This document shows positions 1-9,904 of a DNA stretch of 42,564 nucleotides, piece after piece (the stretch's first letter is position 1; every line of letters begins with the position of its first letter). The stretch is taken from assembly GCA_938091905.1 (NCBI GenBank), contig CALKOM010000202.1, forward strand, positions 1 to 42,564, in the 5' to 3' direction. The notes below the pieces were generated by a model. It saw nothing but the letters and a program-made list of their open reading frames with translations. It was not told the DNA's origin and did not search any database. This DNA is from an uncultured Verrucomicrobiales bacterium (GTDB lineage: Bacteria; Verrucomicrobiota; Verrucomicrobiia; Verrucomicrobiales; DEV007). The position numbers and the translations under genes are program-made.

Positions 1-1662
1 CGTCAACGGCATCGTCATGTTCACCAGCTCACTCTGGTCACTTGATTGCCCACTGTAATCTATCGCTTCTATCGAATAGCCAAAGGTCACTCCCGCCACA
101 AGGCTGTCATTATCCGTATACTCCGTTTGCGTGAATGGTAACTCAGCCAACAATACCCCATCCCGATACAAACGATACGAGGCGACTCCAAGGTCATCAC
201 TTGATGCCCCCCAGCTGATATGCCCACGCGTGCTCGCCAACCAATCCACGGTGAGATTCGAAGGCACCGTCGGCACACCTTCATCACCATCTACGACCAA
301 CACCCACCGGATCGCATCCGCGACTGCGGTCTGATCCAGCGTCGTCCGCTCGACGGACACGCTCCCCGATCCGCCGGCGGCAAACTCATACGATCCTAGC
401 GTGTACCACTCACCCGGTTCTGTATTCTGATCAAAGCTTTCAATCGTTGTTCCTCCCGTTTCGCGAATCGTGTACCGCGCTGCAGGATCTAAGCTTGAAC
501 CACCTCCCGAGACCCAAACCTGAACCTCATAGATCCCCGGCGTGGGTAGACTCGGGGTGTAGGTCGCTACTTGCCCCACAGTCAACAAGAATGAGTCCAC
601 GTTATAAACATCTGTGTGCCCACTCAATCCGGAATGCGATCCTGACCAACCGCTGTCTCGATTATCGACGACCACACTCACACTCGTCAATGGCATCGTC
701 ACATTCATCACCCCGGTCTGACCACTTGATTGCCCGCTATAGTCTATCGCTTCCACTGAGTATCCATACGTCACTCCCGGCACCAGACTGTCATTATCCG
801 TATACTCCGTCTGCGTAAACGGCAACTCCGCCAACAACACACCATTCCGATACAGCCGATACCAGGCTACCCCAAGATCATCATTAGAGCTCGCCCAATC
901 AATGAGAGTCCTCGTGCTTGCGAGCCAGTTCACCGTGACATTCGGAGGCGCAGACGGTAGACTTTTATCGCCTTCTAGGACGAGCGTCCATTTGACCGCA
1001 TCAGCAATAGCAGACCGGGTCGCCGTTGTTCTTTCCAAAGAGACGGAGCCTTCTCCTCCTGCTCCCATGGCGTGCATTCCCAGATAAAGCCACTGACCGG
1101 GAGCCGTATTCTGATCGACGATTAGTTCTTGTTCTCCCGAGATTGTTGCAATGGTATAGCGTGCGTCATCTTCGACAGTCTCCAACATGCCCACGCCATC
1201 TGCAGAAACCCACGTATAGACGTCATAGTAGCCTGCAACAGGAAGATCTGGCTCCCATGTGGCTTTCTGACCAATACTCAAACGAAATGAATTCGATCCA
1301 TAGACATCGGTATGTCCAGTCGTTCCCGAGTGACTGGGAATCGCCCTAAAGCCTATGTCAGAATTATCGACCACATACTCAGGCCCAAGTGCAGGGGGCG
1401 CTTCGACAACAGGAGCACTTTCGGCACTGCGATTTCCCTGGAAATCAATCGCTTCAATCGTATAAGAATAACTTGTACCTGGATCTACCGATTGATCTAC
1501 CCACTCCGTTTTCCTGACAGTCGCAAAAATGACCCCATCTCGCCTCACCACATAGTCAAGCCCGCCATAGTTGTCTTGCGAGGATGTCCAATTAAGCCGA
1601 ATACTCGAGGACGTTAACCACTGAGCCGAAATGCCATTCGGCACCGTGGGCGCCGTATTGTC
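1..1662 (-). repeat. Intragenic tandem repeat, unit 684 nt (228 aa: FN3 + golvesin-like domain), about 2.4 copies visible
   Basis: 1..~290 aligns to 685..~975 (e.g. tcattatccgtatactccgt at 107 and 791; cacttgattgccc at 40 and 724). The copy at ~975-1662 is more diverged but keeps SHSG..GHTDVY, ARYTI and DQNT.PG.W. Confidence 0.85.
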
Positions 1663-3246
1663 TTCCAGGATTCCGCGAAGGATCGCACTGGTGTTGTCGT
1701 CAAACTGCGCTATCACCGCGAGGTGCCCCCCCAATCCCAACGCCGAAACATCAAAAGACTCTACAATTCTGATGTCTTCGGCACCGAGACTCACAGGCAT
1801 GCCTTCCTCAATCACCCGGTGTAATTGCCCAGCAGCATCGCCTATCCAATAGCCATAGCGCCTAGCCCTATCTCCGGAAGCACCTCCATTCTCGACAAGC
1901 GCGGTGAACCCAATCTGACCAGCATCATTCATACTAGGCTCGCCAAACGATACATATTCTACGTCAACCATCGAGCCCGGTGCGGTGTCTCCCGTCTTTG
2001 CAATCAATGCCGTCCCTGACGCTCGATGGACCCATAGACCTTGGTCAGTCGCTTCGGCACCAACGTAACCTGTGAACACGATCTTCCCACCAGCGTCAAT
2101 CTTGGCGTCAAGGAGCGAACTGATCATATTTCCTACCACAAACCCAGGTGCAGCATTTCCATCTCGAATGATCAATTCTGGTGATGAGCCACCAGCAGCC
2201 AGCCAAAGCCCTTCACCAGAAGTGGCTCCTGAAACGGCATCGCTCAGCGACCCCCAGAATACAACGTCTCCAATATCATTAACATCAGGCACACCGAAAG
2301 TGCCATAGAGTGATCCTGAAATACCAGCCGCAGCAGTGGCCCCCTTTGCGACAAGACTGAGATTCGTCGTGGGGCTGGGACCGCCTTGAAAGGCATGATA
2401 CCAGATAGAATCGTCAGCATCTGCAGACTGGCCCACAAGCACAGCCCCCGAAGCCGAAATCGCCGTGATTGCTAGATCAAAGAAGTCAGGCAACGCCGTC
2501 GATCCATAGTTAGTCGCTGTCGAATAAATAAAATCAGGCAACGTATTTGCTTTCGGCGCCTTCCACACATCGAGCGGGGGCGTGAATTCCCAATAACCAG
2601 ATTCGCCAGCTAACTGCCCATCTCTCAAGGTTGCCGCCATGACCACCAATCCTAGCGGAGATATATCAGGATCTCGCATGACATCCAGCTGGGAAATATT
2701 CCCTTCAGGATCAATAGCGGTTTGTTCCGCGCCATTAAGGTAAGCGTTGGCAGGAGCCTCACCTTTGGCACCAAGCCAATGAGGGCTACCCTCTCCCGCG
2801 ATCCAAACACCATCGCGAATAATCCCGGCGTTGTCGATCTTTGCTCGGAAGGCCACCCGCCCATCCTCATCCATCACAGGTCTATAGATTTCAGAATGAT
2901 TTGCCATCAAGCGAAGGGAGTTTTGAAAGTAGGGGGTGGTCCGATCGCCCTTTCTCGCCACCATGGACCAATCACCAAGACGGAACTTCCGCCAAATTCC
3001 AGAATTCGTTGTCGCGTCCGTTCCTGCCACGCCCTCTTTTAGTTTAGCCAGAACTGCAAAGTCGCCGTGATCGTTCAAGAAAACGGACTCGAATGATTCA
3101 AACTCCGCGCCACCAGCAGTCGGCGCTAGATCATCGGACAGCGCTTCGACATAAAGTTGCACCTGGCCAAGCGCATGGCAAGCGCTGGTCATGCACATAA
3201 TCATGATCAGCCACGCGCAAGATGCTCTAGTCTGACTAAAGATCAT
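1..3246 (-). CDS. Large secreted/surface protein, 3'-truncated by the window edge (>1082 aa): signal peptide, NxxGxxAF-type repeat region, then alternating fibronectin type III and golvesin/xanthan-lyase-CBD-like domains
   Basis: Translated by hand. ATG at 3246 overlaps the TGA of the DUF1501 gene (ATGA). Starts MIFSQTRASCAWLIMIMCMTSACHALGQ and stays open to position 1. Repeats LNDHGDFAV, MDEDGRVAF, VNDIGDVVF, IDAGGKIVF, MNDAGQIGF; FN3 motifs DNTAPTVP..W..S.DN..Y.V.RDG..YSYTIEAID; CBD-like motifs GYYDVYTW..ARYTI..DQN..GQW.YLG..ADAVKW. Absent from the ORF track because no stop lies in the window. Confidence 0.88.
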   Translation of the reverse strand, partial: MIFSQTRASCAWLIMIMCMTSACHALGQVQLYVEALSDDLAPTAGGAEFESFESVFLNDHGDFAVLAKLKEGVAGTDATTNSGIWRKFRLGDWSMVARKGDRTTPYFQNSLRLMANHSEIYRPVMDEDGRVAFRAKIDNAGIIRDGVWIAGEGSPHWLGAKGEAPANAYLNGAEQTAIDPEGNISQLDVMRDPDISPLGLVVMAATLRDGQLAGESGYWEFTPPLDVWKAPKANTLPDFIYSTATNYGSTALPDFFDLAITAISASGAVLVGQSADADDSIWYHAFQGGPSPTTNLSLVAKGATAAAGISGSLYGTFGVPDVNDIGDVVFWGSLSDAVSGATSGEGLWLAAGGSSPELIIRDGNAAPGFVVGNMISSLLDAKIDAGGKIVFTGYVGAEATDQGLWVHRASGTALIAKTGDTAPGSMVDVEYVSFGEPSMNDAGQIGFTALVENGGASGDRARRYGYWIGDAAGQLHRVIEEGMPVSLGAEDIRIVESFDVSALGLGGHLAVIAQFDDNTSAILRGILEDNTAPTVPNGISAQWLTSSSIRLNWTSSQDNYGGLDYVVRRDGVIFATVRKTEWVDQSVDPGTSYSYTIEAIDFQGNRSAESAPVVEAPPALGPEYVVDNSDIGFRAIPSHSGTTGHTDVYGSNSFRLSIGQKATWEPDLPVAGYYDVYTWVSADGVGMLETVEDDARYTIATISGEQELIVDQNTAPGQWLYLGMHAMGAGGEGSVSLERTTATRSAIADAVKWTLVLEGDKSLPSAPPNVTVNWLASTRTLIDWASSNDDLGVAWYRLYRNGVLLAELPFTQTEYTDNDSLVPGVTYGYSVEAIDYSGQSSGQTGVMNVTMPLTSVSVVVDNRDSGWSGSHSGLSGHTDVYNVDSFLLTVGQVATYTPSLPTPGIYEVQVWVSGGGSSLDPAARYTIRETGGTTIESFDQNTEPGEWYTLGSYEFAAGGSGSVSVERTTLDQTAVADAIRWVLVVDGDEGVPTVPSNLTVDWLASTRGHISWGASSDDLGVASYRLYRDGVLLAELPFTQTEYTDNDSLVAGVTFGYSIEAIDYSGQSSDQSELVNMTMPLT

Positions 3247-4598
3247 GTCGAAATAAACGGAAGTGTCGCAAAGCCGCCACTCGTCGGCGCTGTCGGAAGC
3301 ACCGTTGATATGGCCGCCTCCGGCACGCCAAGCCACTCCTGCAACACAGTGCGATACACTCGACGAAAGTCGACGTTGAATGCCAATGAATGGTTTTTGA
3401 TTCGGTTAGCCTCTGCTAAACTTGGCATTTGTCCATAGAAGCCTACCTGAACATGTCCCCCAGTCACAAAGAGAGAACTCGCGGCTCCGTGATCAGTTCC
3501 CAGAGAACCATTTTCGATAACCTTGCGCCCAAATTCGCTCACCGTGAAAAGAAGCATGCGATCCCAGTTTCCCTGTGCCTTCATCTCACTAACAAATGCT
3601 CCCAAAGCACCATCAAGTTCTTCCAGAAGCGCAGCATGTCGACCTTCTAACGGTTTACCATCACCATCAAGCTCAGCTTGGGAACCATGCGTGTCGTATC
3701 CAAGTTGCTCCACATGGTAAACACAGGTCCCCACATCAGCGTAGATCATGCCAGCGATATTCTTCAGATCCCTACCCAGTCCAGTATCAGGAAAGGCTGC
3801 CGTGGGAAACGCTGCTCCGGGAGCGTTCTGGGCGTCAACAGCCACACCAAGAAGCTCAAGGGAGCCCATCGTATTACGGGCGCGCTCCTCAACAAAAGCC
3901 AAGCCAGGCTTCGACGTTATACCACCTACGGGAGCATTGATCAGCTCAGTATAGAGTGCTTGCTCATCACCCTTCTCCCCAGCCAGCCCACTTCCATACC
4001 ATCGATGTGCAGCAGGGTCTTTGAGTGTCACACCGAGGGATTTCTCTTTTGTCCGAAATGCTAATGTCTCCGTTAACCCCACATTTAAACCAATCGTTGG
4101 ATCCAATGAGGTCGCACTGTTCGCACACTGATGCTCAAAAAATCGCCCAAGCCAACCATCGCGAACCTGTTCATTCGGTTCAGCCGTATGCCAGTAGTCG
4201 AACGAAGTGAAATGCGAAAGATTGGGATTCGGGTAGCCGACGCCGTTGATAATAGCCAACTGATTGAGATCCCAGAGCCCCTTTAGCTGGGTAAGCTTTG
4301 GATGAAGGCCATATTCTGAATCTAATGGCAAAACTTCGGCTTGCGCTATACTTAAGGTCGGTCTCGCACCATAGTAGATACTGCTATCCGCACTTCCATA
4401 AGGGATCACTGTATTCAACGCATCATTGCCCCCGTTCAGTTGCAGCACGACAACGATGGGGCCGCTTCCACCGCCGGCATTCGACGCGGCGAGAAGCTCC
4501 TGGCTAAAGAACCGTTCTCCCATCATACAAGACGCTCCCGCCGCTGCTCCACGTAGTGTGGATTGAAGCAGATCTCTTCGTGTCATCGATGATTTCAT
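3243..4598 (-). CDS. DUF1501 domain-containing protein with Tat-like signal
   Basis: Likely start MKSSMTRRDLL at 4598 (ORF track starts at 4658). Motifs VVLQLNGGNDALNTVIPY, GYPNPNLSHF, GYDTHGSQ, SEFGRKVIENGSLGTDHG, VDFRRVY. Confidence 0.9.
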   Translation of the reverse strand: MKSSMTRRDLLQSTLRGAAAGASCMMGERFFSQELLAASNAGGGSGPIVVVLQLNGGNDALNTVIPYGSADSSIYYGARPTLSIAQAEVLPLDSEYGLHPKLTQLKGLWDLNQLAIINGVGYPNPNLSHFTSFDYWHTAEPNEQVRDGWLGRFFEHQCANSATSLDPTIGLNVGLTETLAFRTKEKSLGVTLKDPAAHRWYGSGLAGEKGDEQALYTELINAPVGGITSKPGLAFVEERARNTMGSLELLGVAVDAQNAPGAAFPTAAFPDTGLGRDLKNIAGMIYADVGTCVYHVEQLGYDTHGSQAELDGDGKPLEGRHAALLEELDGALGAFVSEMKAQGNWDRMLLFTVSEFGRKVIENGSLGTDHGAASSLFVTGGHVQVGFYGQMPSLAEANRIKNHSLAFNVDFRRVYRTVLQEWLGVPEAAISTVLPTAPTSGGFATLPFIST

Positions 4599-4611
4599 TG
4601 TCGTTAAAACC

Positions 4612-6159
4612 TTATTGCATTTGAAACTGGGGCAGCGCGAGAAGCTGCTGAAGCACACGGCGATACACTTTGTCCCTATCCAATCCCTTTAGCTTCCGAC
4701 GCATATGACGAATCAGGCTCTGACGCTGCCTCGGATGGATTGGAGAAAGATAGAGGACGCGGTCGGCAAGGTGATCGATCAAGAGATTCAAAGAATCCGC
4801 ACCCCGAATCGCTGCTGGCAACAGCGTTTCATAATCGGGAAGTACATACGGTGTCTCTGCATCACCCCCCGTCGTTGGGATCTTCAAGTGATTACGCAGG
4901 GCTTGATGATCTCCGTGCACCCATAAGCTCGCTAAATTGATTCGACTTAGAAGTCCCTCCACCGTCATCCAACGATTTCCCTCAGCGACAGGCTCTGGCC
5001 AACCTTGAATTGTTGGAGGGTGCAATAGATTCTGCCCCATCTCATCCATTGCCCAATAGGTCGTCGCCCGGGGAAGCAAGGGCATCTCTAATACTTTCAC
5101 TATCGAAATAACAATATCAACTGGATCTTTGATTTGGTTGCCAATCGCCGCCTCATCATAAAACTCCTCGGATTGAAAGATCGTCCGAAGAAGCGGAGCG
5201 ATCTCATAGTCATGGTCACGGAGTTGCCGTCCCAGCTCCGCCATCAAGGAGGCTTCTGGATCAACCCCAACGAAGTATCTCCAAATCTTCTTACCAAGAT
5301 GCTCCGCGCATTGCACTTGCTCTAGAATAAGCGCAATGGCCATGTCCCCCTGATCTTTCGGATCACCAGGCAACTGGTCCGCAGGATCTTTAATTGCAGC
5401 GAGGGTCCCGGGAACCGGAATCCCAGGATTGGCTGGATCCTCGGTAGTCAGAAAGGTTTTCTCTGTCGGGTCGATGCGCCGATACTCGCCATCGCCTCGA
5501 ACCAACTCGTCAAGGTAAGCTGAGAATGGCTCCGTCTCAGAAAGACTGCGGCCAGTGAACGCTTCCGCACAATGAGTAACGTCCTGTTCAGTGTAACCTC
5601 CGTCCACACCCAAGGTGAAGAGCTCTAAAAGCTCACGCCCAAAATTCTCGTTGATCTGCCCACGCCTGCTTCGATCCAGATCGAGCATTCGGATCATCCC
5701 TTCTGACCACGACACCTCTCGAAGCAGTAATCCAAAATTACCCAGAGCAAGCGTGCGCAAGACGTCGAGATGCTTATAAAAATAGATGAACCCTGCTTGC
5801 GCCTCAATCACATCGAGATCGACGGGGAAGTGATCTAACCAGAATTTCAGCATCTTCGCCGCTAACGCTGGCCCATCCTTCATCTGCAACAGAAACCACT
5901 CGGTCAGGTCATAGGCAGCCTCCAAACGGTCGTTGCTTTCCAACAAATCACTGGGCGGCGGAAGCGTAGGCAACGGAAACGCACTCCAGTCCACCGCCTG
6001 ATCAATGATCGAACTTACTGCGGCGGCAATTCCTTGCGTTTTTCCCAACTGAAACAACGCTTCCCGCTGCGCTGGAGTGCCACCGAAACTTGTCCGGCTT
6101 AGCAGATGATCTGCCGTTCGCCGGGTCCAGGCGCTGGGAGGCAGAGGGTCGAGTGACAT
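4612..6159 (-). CDS. DUF1800 family protein
   Basis: HLLSRTSFG, FWLDHF, M..MLD, INENFGRELLELFTLG..GGYTEQDV..A.AFTG, MGQ.L..PPTIQGW, LALPQFQ; sits directly upstream of DUF1501, the usual pairing. Confidence 0.92.
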   Translation of the reverse strand: MSLDPLPPSAWTRRTADHLLSRTSFGGTPAQREALFQLGKTQGIAAAVSSIIDQAVDWSAFPLPTLPPPSDLLESNDRLEAAYDLTEWFLLQMKDGPALAAKMLKFWLDHFPVDLDVIEAQAGFIYFYKHLDVLRTLALGNFGLLLREVSWSEGMIRMLDLDRSRRGQINENFGRELLELFTLGVDGGYTEQDVTHCAEAFTGRSLSETEPFSAYLDELVRGDGEYRRIDPTEKTFLTTEDPANPGIPVPGTLAAIKDPADQLPGDPKDQGDMAIALILEQVQCAEHLGKKIWRYFVGVDPEASLMAELGRQLRDHDYEIAPLLRTIFQSEEFYDEAAIGNQIKDPVDIVISIVKVLEMPLLPRATTYWAMDEMGQNLLHPPTIQGWPEPVAEGNRWMTVEGLLSRINLASLWVHGDHQALRNHLKIPTTGGDAETPYVLPDYETLLPAAIRGADSLNLLIDHLADRVLYLSPIHPRQRQSLIRHMRRKLKGLDRDKVYRRVLQQLLALPQFQMQ

Positions 6160-7172
6160 GGCTTCGTGTAGGGTGTCGGGACAGCTGTACTTTCAGAAAA
6201 AGCGTGATCCTACAGTATTGGACAGCTTACGCATGCCGGAACTTATTGAATGAATGTATTATCCATCATCCCCATATTGAAGCCCCCTATTGTTTTGAAA
6301 TTACTCCATCAGCGACACACATCTGAGACTTCTACACACGATGCCATGGACACCACAGCATCCAAGTTCTCGTTCAGGACGCCGATAATCTCGGATGCCT
6401 GGTGCTCTTCCTAAGGCTCATGGCAACATTGCAGAAGGCAAATACCCTAGGAGGAGGAGGATGCATGACTCCCTCCTGCGTCGACACCACTTAGCTCGAC
6501 AAGAACGGATCTGTTGACCGTTTTAGGTTGGAACCGGTCCATTGGACGACACGGGCTTCACGTACACTGTCGCCCCCAACTGAACAAAATCATTCTTATT
6601 CATATCGGTATCGAACGGCAAAGTCTCAAAAGTATCCTAACACTCGCTAGCAACCTCCTCCTGCCGGATGTTCTTGCTCGGCGGCTCAGCCTTCCCCACT
6701 TTTAGCTCGCCTGCACAATTAGCTCCTATCATTGTGACGCCGGATAAGCAATTAATGGGGAATCAACGGTGTTCTTTCTTGTTCAGTTCCCCTCCTTCGA
6801 TTGCGAACTTCGCTTGGCAGAACTTTACAGTAACGTTTCTTTCGAACGAGTGGACCAAGGATGAGGCTCATTGCTAGACTAGGTGATTACTGTACTTTAA
6901 GTCTAGTCACGAGACCCGGCAGTTTTTGAACGAGAGTTCCGTCATCGTGGTTAGGTTTTCAATGGCCTCGTCGCAACCAAAGCGTATAGTTTTGGAGCGT
7001 AACCAATCGCTCCTATGGGGAACGATCGGACAGAGAACGCATGCCCGCTGGTTGAGCGTTTCGGTCAAAGATTCGCGGCTTTCGTGTTGGAGGGCATTCT
7101 TGGGATATATGCGCACGGCTGGCATCGATCAGCATTCGGTTTAAGACGGCGCTGGCAAAACAGTGGCCCAAA

Positions 7173-7502
7173 TTGGCATGGCTTCTGATGCGTCGGCTGA
7201 TTCGTGACGGGAAGGTCTCTGACAAAGACATTTATCTGGGTACCTATGTGCCGGAAGAGCTGGACTTGAACGTGACTTACGAGGCCTTGTTAGACCATGT
7301 GATTGGGGAGACGAACTACGGTCCGGCCCTGATCATGTGGGCGCAAAAGCTGCTGAAATCACCCATACCGACCGAGGCCGGTTCGAAAGAAAGTGAAGCC
7401 AATTTAAGGCGAACACTATCGAGCGATTCTGACCTGCCCGAAGCGGAGAATGCTGTTAGCCATCGGCGCAAGGCGGAAGCGTTGATGAAGGCAGACAATT
7501 GA
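7173..7502 (+). CDS. Hypothetical protein or gene remnant (109 aa)
   Basis: Protein-like composition, but TTG start and no recognisable motif. The frame is open upstream to a TGA at 7053 without an ATG. Confidence 0.3.
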   Translation: MAWLLMRRLIRDGKVSDKDIYLGTYVPEELDLNVTYEALLDHVIGETNYGPALIMWAQKLLKSPIPTEAGSKESEANLRRTLSSDSDLPEAENAVSHRRKAEALMKADN

Positions 7503-7716
7503 TACGGACTGTCTGTAGACTGTGCCTGGAGCAAGAAGAGTTGTTAGAACTCCGCTCCTCACCCCTTGATTTGAAAAACAATACCTATTCGGGGTCAGGA
7601 GTATCGCTGCGAGCCACGAAATTAACCAGAGGACGACAACCACAAGAAAGGGCTGCTGGGGCCTCGCCTATACAACCCGACCCATCCAGCCGCAGCTTAG
7701 GGACAGTAGCAAAGAG

Positions 7717-7790
7717 TCGGGGTGATAGGATTCGAACCTACGACTTCCTGGTCCCAAACCAGGCGCACTACCAGGCTGTGCTACACCCCG
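7717..7790 (-). tRNA. tRNA-Pro (anticodon UGG), CCA not encoded
   Basis: Reverse complement CGGGGTG TAGCACAGCCTGGTAGTGCG CCTGG TT-TGG-GA CCAGG AAGTC GTAGG TTCGAAT CCTAT CACCCCG A folds into a full cloverleaf with C1-G72 and A73. Confidence 0.97.
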
Positions 7791-7907
7791 CTCGCATTGC
7801 GAGACCCGACACTTACGCAGTGGGCAAAAGTTGCAAGCGCAAAGATGGAGGTCCGCTGATTTCTCTTTCTCGTTGATTGCCCAGAGATCTCAGATTATGA
7901 CCCTCCG

Positions 7908-9788
7908 ATGGCTGAACAAGCACGGAAGACTCTCGAAGAACGCGCACAGATGACTGATCTGGAGCGCCTGCGTCACTCTTGCGCCCATGTTTTGGCCACA
8001 GCAATCCTCCGGATCTGGCCTGATGCTCAACTTGCGGCGGGGCCGCCCGTTGATTCGGGCTTCTACTATGATATGGAACTGGATCACCGGATTTCCCCCG
8101 AAGACTTCGAGCGTATCGAGAAGGAGATGAAGAAGGTGGTCAAGGAGAACCAGAAGTTCGAGCGCATTGCCCTATCCCGTCAGGACGCATTGGAAATGGC
8201 CCAGTCGGGCAAACTCGGAGGTCTTTCGGAGCGCTCGGAGCCAAGCAAGTTCAAGCTCGATATCTTGGAGAATATTCCGGACGACGAAGAGATCTCGATC
8301 TATCAGAACGGCGAGTTCACCGATCTCTGCGCGGGTCCTCACGTCGGTTTCACCAGCAAGTGCAAAGCTTACAAGTTGATGAATGTCGCGAGCGCTTACT
8401 ACAAAGGCGATTCGAACAACCCGCAGTTGCAACGCATCTATGGCACAGCGTTTCCTAACAAAACGGAGCTGGCTGCCTACTTGGAACAATTGGAAGAGGC
8501 CAAGAAGCGCGACCACCGGAAGTTAGGACGCGATCTCGAACTCTTCACCATCGACGAAGAAGTCGGTCAGGGCCTTATTCTCTGGATGCCAAAGGGTGCC
8601 GTCGTAAGGCAAGAACTTCAGGACTTCATTTCAGAGGAGTTAGCGGTGCAAGGGTACTCGCAAGTGTTCACCCCTCATATTGGCAAACTTGATCTGTATC
8701 GGACCTCCGGTCACTACCCTTACTATCAAGAGTCACAGTACCCACCAGTGGTTGATCGGGAGACCTTGAAAGGGCTCGCGGACGAAGGATGCGGGTGTGC
8801 GGAATTGAGCAACCGGCTCGAGGATGGCGAAATCGACGGCTACCTGCTCAAGCCTATGAATTGCCCTCATCACATCAAGATCTTTGCTGCGACGCATCAC
8901 TCTTACCGGGACATGCCGGTGAGACTAGCAGAGTTTGGAACCGTCTATCGCTGGGAGATGTCCGGTGAATTGGGTGGCATGACACGGGTGCGTGGTTTCA
9001 CTCAAGATGACGCACACCTCTTCTGCACACCAGACCAGGTCGAAAGCGAGATCATTGGTTGCGTGAATCTTGTGAAGAAGGTCCTGACAACGCTGGGCAT
9101 CGAAGATTACCGCGTGCGTGTGGGGCTACGAGATCCTGACTCGACGAAGTATGTTGGCCAACCCGAGAATTGGGACCGGGCCGAGCAAAGTTTGCGCAAT
9201 GTGGCGACGACTCTAGACGTTCCCTTCACGGAGGCTCCGGGCGAAGCTGCTTTCTATGGACCGAAGATCGATTTCTTGGTCAAGGATGTCATCGGACGCG
9301 AGTGGCAACTCGGCACCGTGCAAGTCGACTACAACCTGCCCGAGCGCTTTGACCTTTCCTACATCGGAAGCGACAATGAAGCTCACCGTCCGGTGATGAT
9401 TCATCGGGCACCATTCGGCTCTATGGAGCGGTTCGTAGGCGTGCTAATCGAGCACTTCGCCGGACATTTCCCCACCTGGCTCGCCCCTGAGCAAGTCCGC
9501 GTGGTACCAATCTCAGAGAAATATCACGCCTACGCGCAGACTGTGCTTGAGCAGTTACGTCAGTTGAAAGGCCTACGTGTCACGATCGACACCGCCAGCG
9601 AGAAGGTCGGAGCTAAGATTCGTCTTGCCCAGTTAGACAAAGTGCCCTATATGCTTCTCATCGGTGCGCAAGAAGAGGAATCTAAACAAGTTAGCATCCG
9701 TCATCGCAATCACGGCGACCTCGGATCTAAAGAATTGTCGACCTTCCTCAAAGATGTGGAGAGTGAGATTCGGGAACGTTCCCTGTAA
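7908..9788 (+). CDS. thrS: Threonine--tRNA ligase (lacks N-terminal TGS domain)
   Basis: LRHSCAHVLA, DLCAGPH, KRDHRKLG, LKPMNCPHH, RVRGFTQDDAH, GEAAFYGPKID, HRAPFGSMERF. Confidence 0.98.
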   Translation: MAEQARKTLEERAQMTDLERLRHSCAHVLATAILRIWPDAQLAAGPPVDSGFYYDMELDHRISPEDFERIEKEMKKVVKENQKFERIALSRQDALEMAQSGKLGGLSERSEPSKFKLDILENIPDDEEISIYQNGEFTDLCAGPHVGFTSKCKAYKLMNVASAYYKGDSNNPQLQRIYGTAFPNKTELAAYLEQLEEAKKRDHRKLGRDLELFTIDEEVGQGLILWMPKGAVVRQELQDFISEELAVQGYSQVFTPHIGKLDLYRTSGHYPYYQESQYPPVVDRETLKGLADEGCGCAELSNRLEDGEIDGYLLKPMNCPHHIKIFAATHHSYRDMPVRLAEFGTVYRWEMSGELGGMTRVRGFTQDDAHLFCTPDQVESEIIGCVNLVKKVLTTLGIEDYRVRVGLRDPDSTKYVGQPENWDRAEQSLRNVATTLDVPFTEAPGEAAFYGPKIDFLVKDVIGREWQLGTVQVDYNLPERFDLSYIGSDNEAHRPVMIHRAPFGSMERFVGVLIEHFAGHFPTWLAPEQVRVVPISEKYHAYAQTVLEQLRQLKGLRVTIDTASEKVGAKIRLAQLDKVPYMLLIGAQEEESKQVSIRHRNHGDLGSKELSTFLKDVESEIRERSL

Positions 9789-9904
9789 TCCTTAGAATTT
9801 GAATTCGCTCCAAGTATATTTCCATCCAACGGCTGCGGCGCTTCTTGTCGCGGCCGCATTGTCGCTGCACGTCGGCACCTCTCACCCCCGACTCCCTAAG
9901 TCCT

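Noticed and set aside
87..3047. Many short ORFs listed in the track across 87-3047
   Set aside because: They are shadow frames of the long minus-strand gene at 1-3246.
3030..3050. Possible frameshift at the T-run near the start of the surface protein gene
   Set aside because: Recounting gives gct aaa cta aaa gag ggc, which is in frame.
7499..7876. 125 aa ORF in the track
   Set aside because: It spans the antisense strand of tRNA-Pro and has no recognisable motif.
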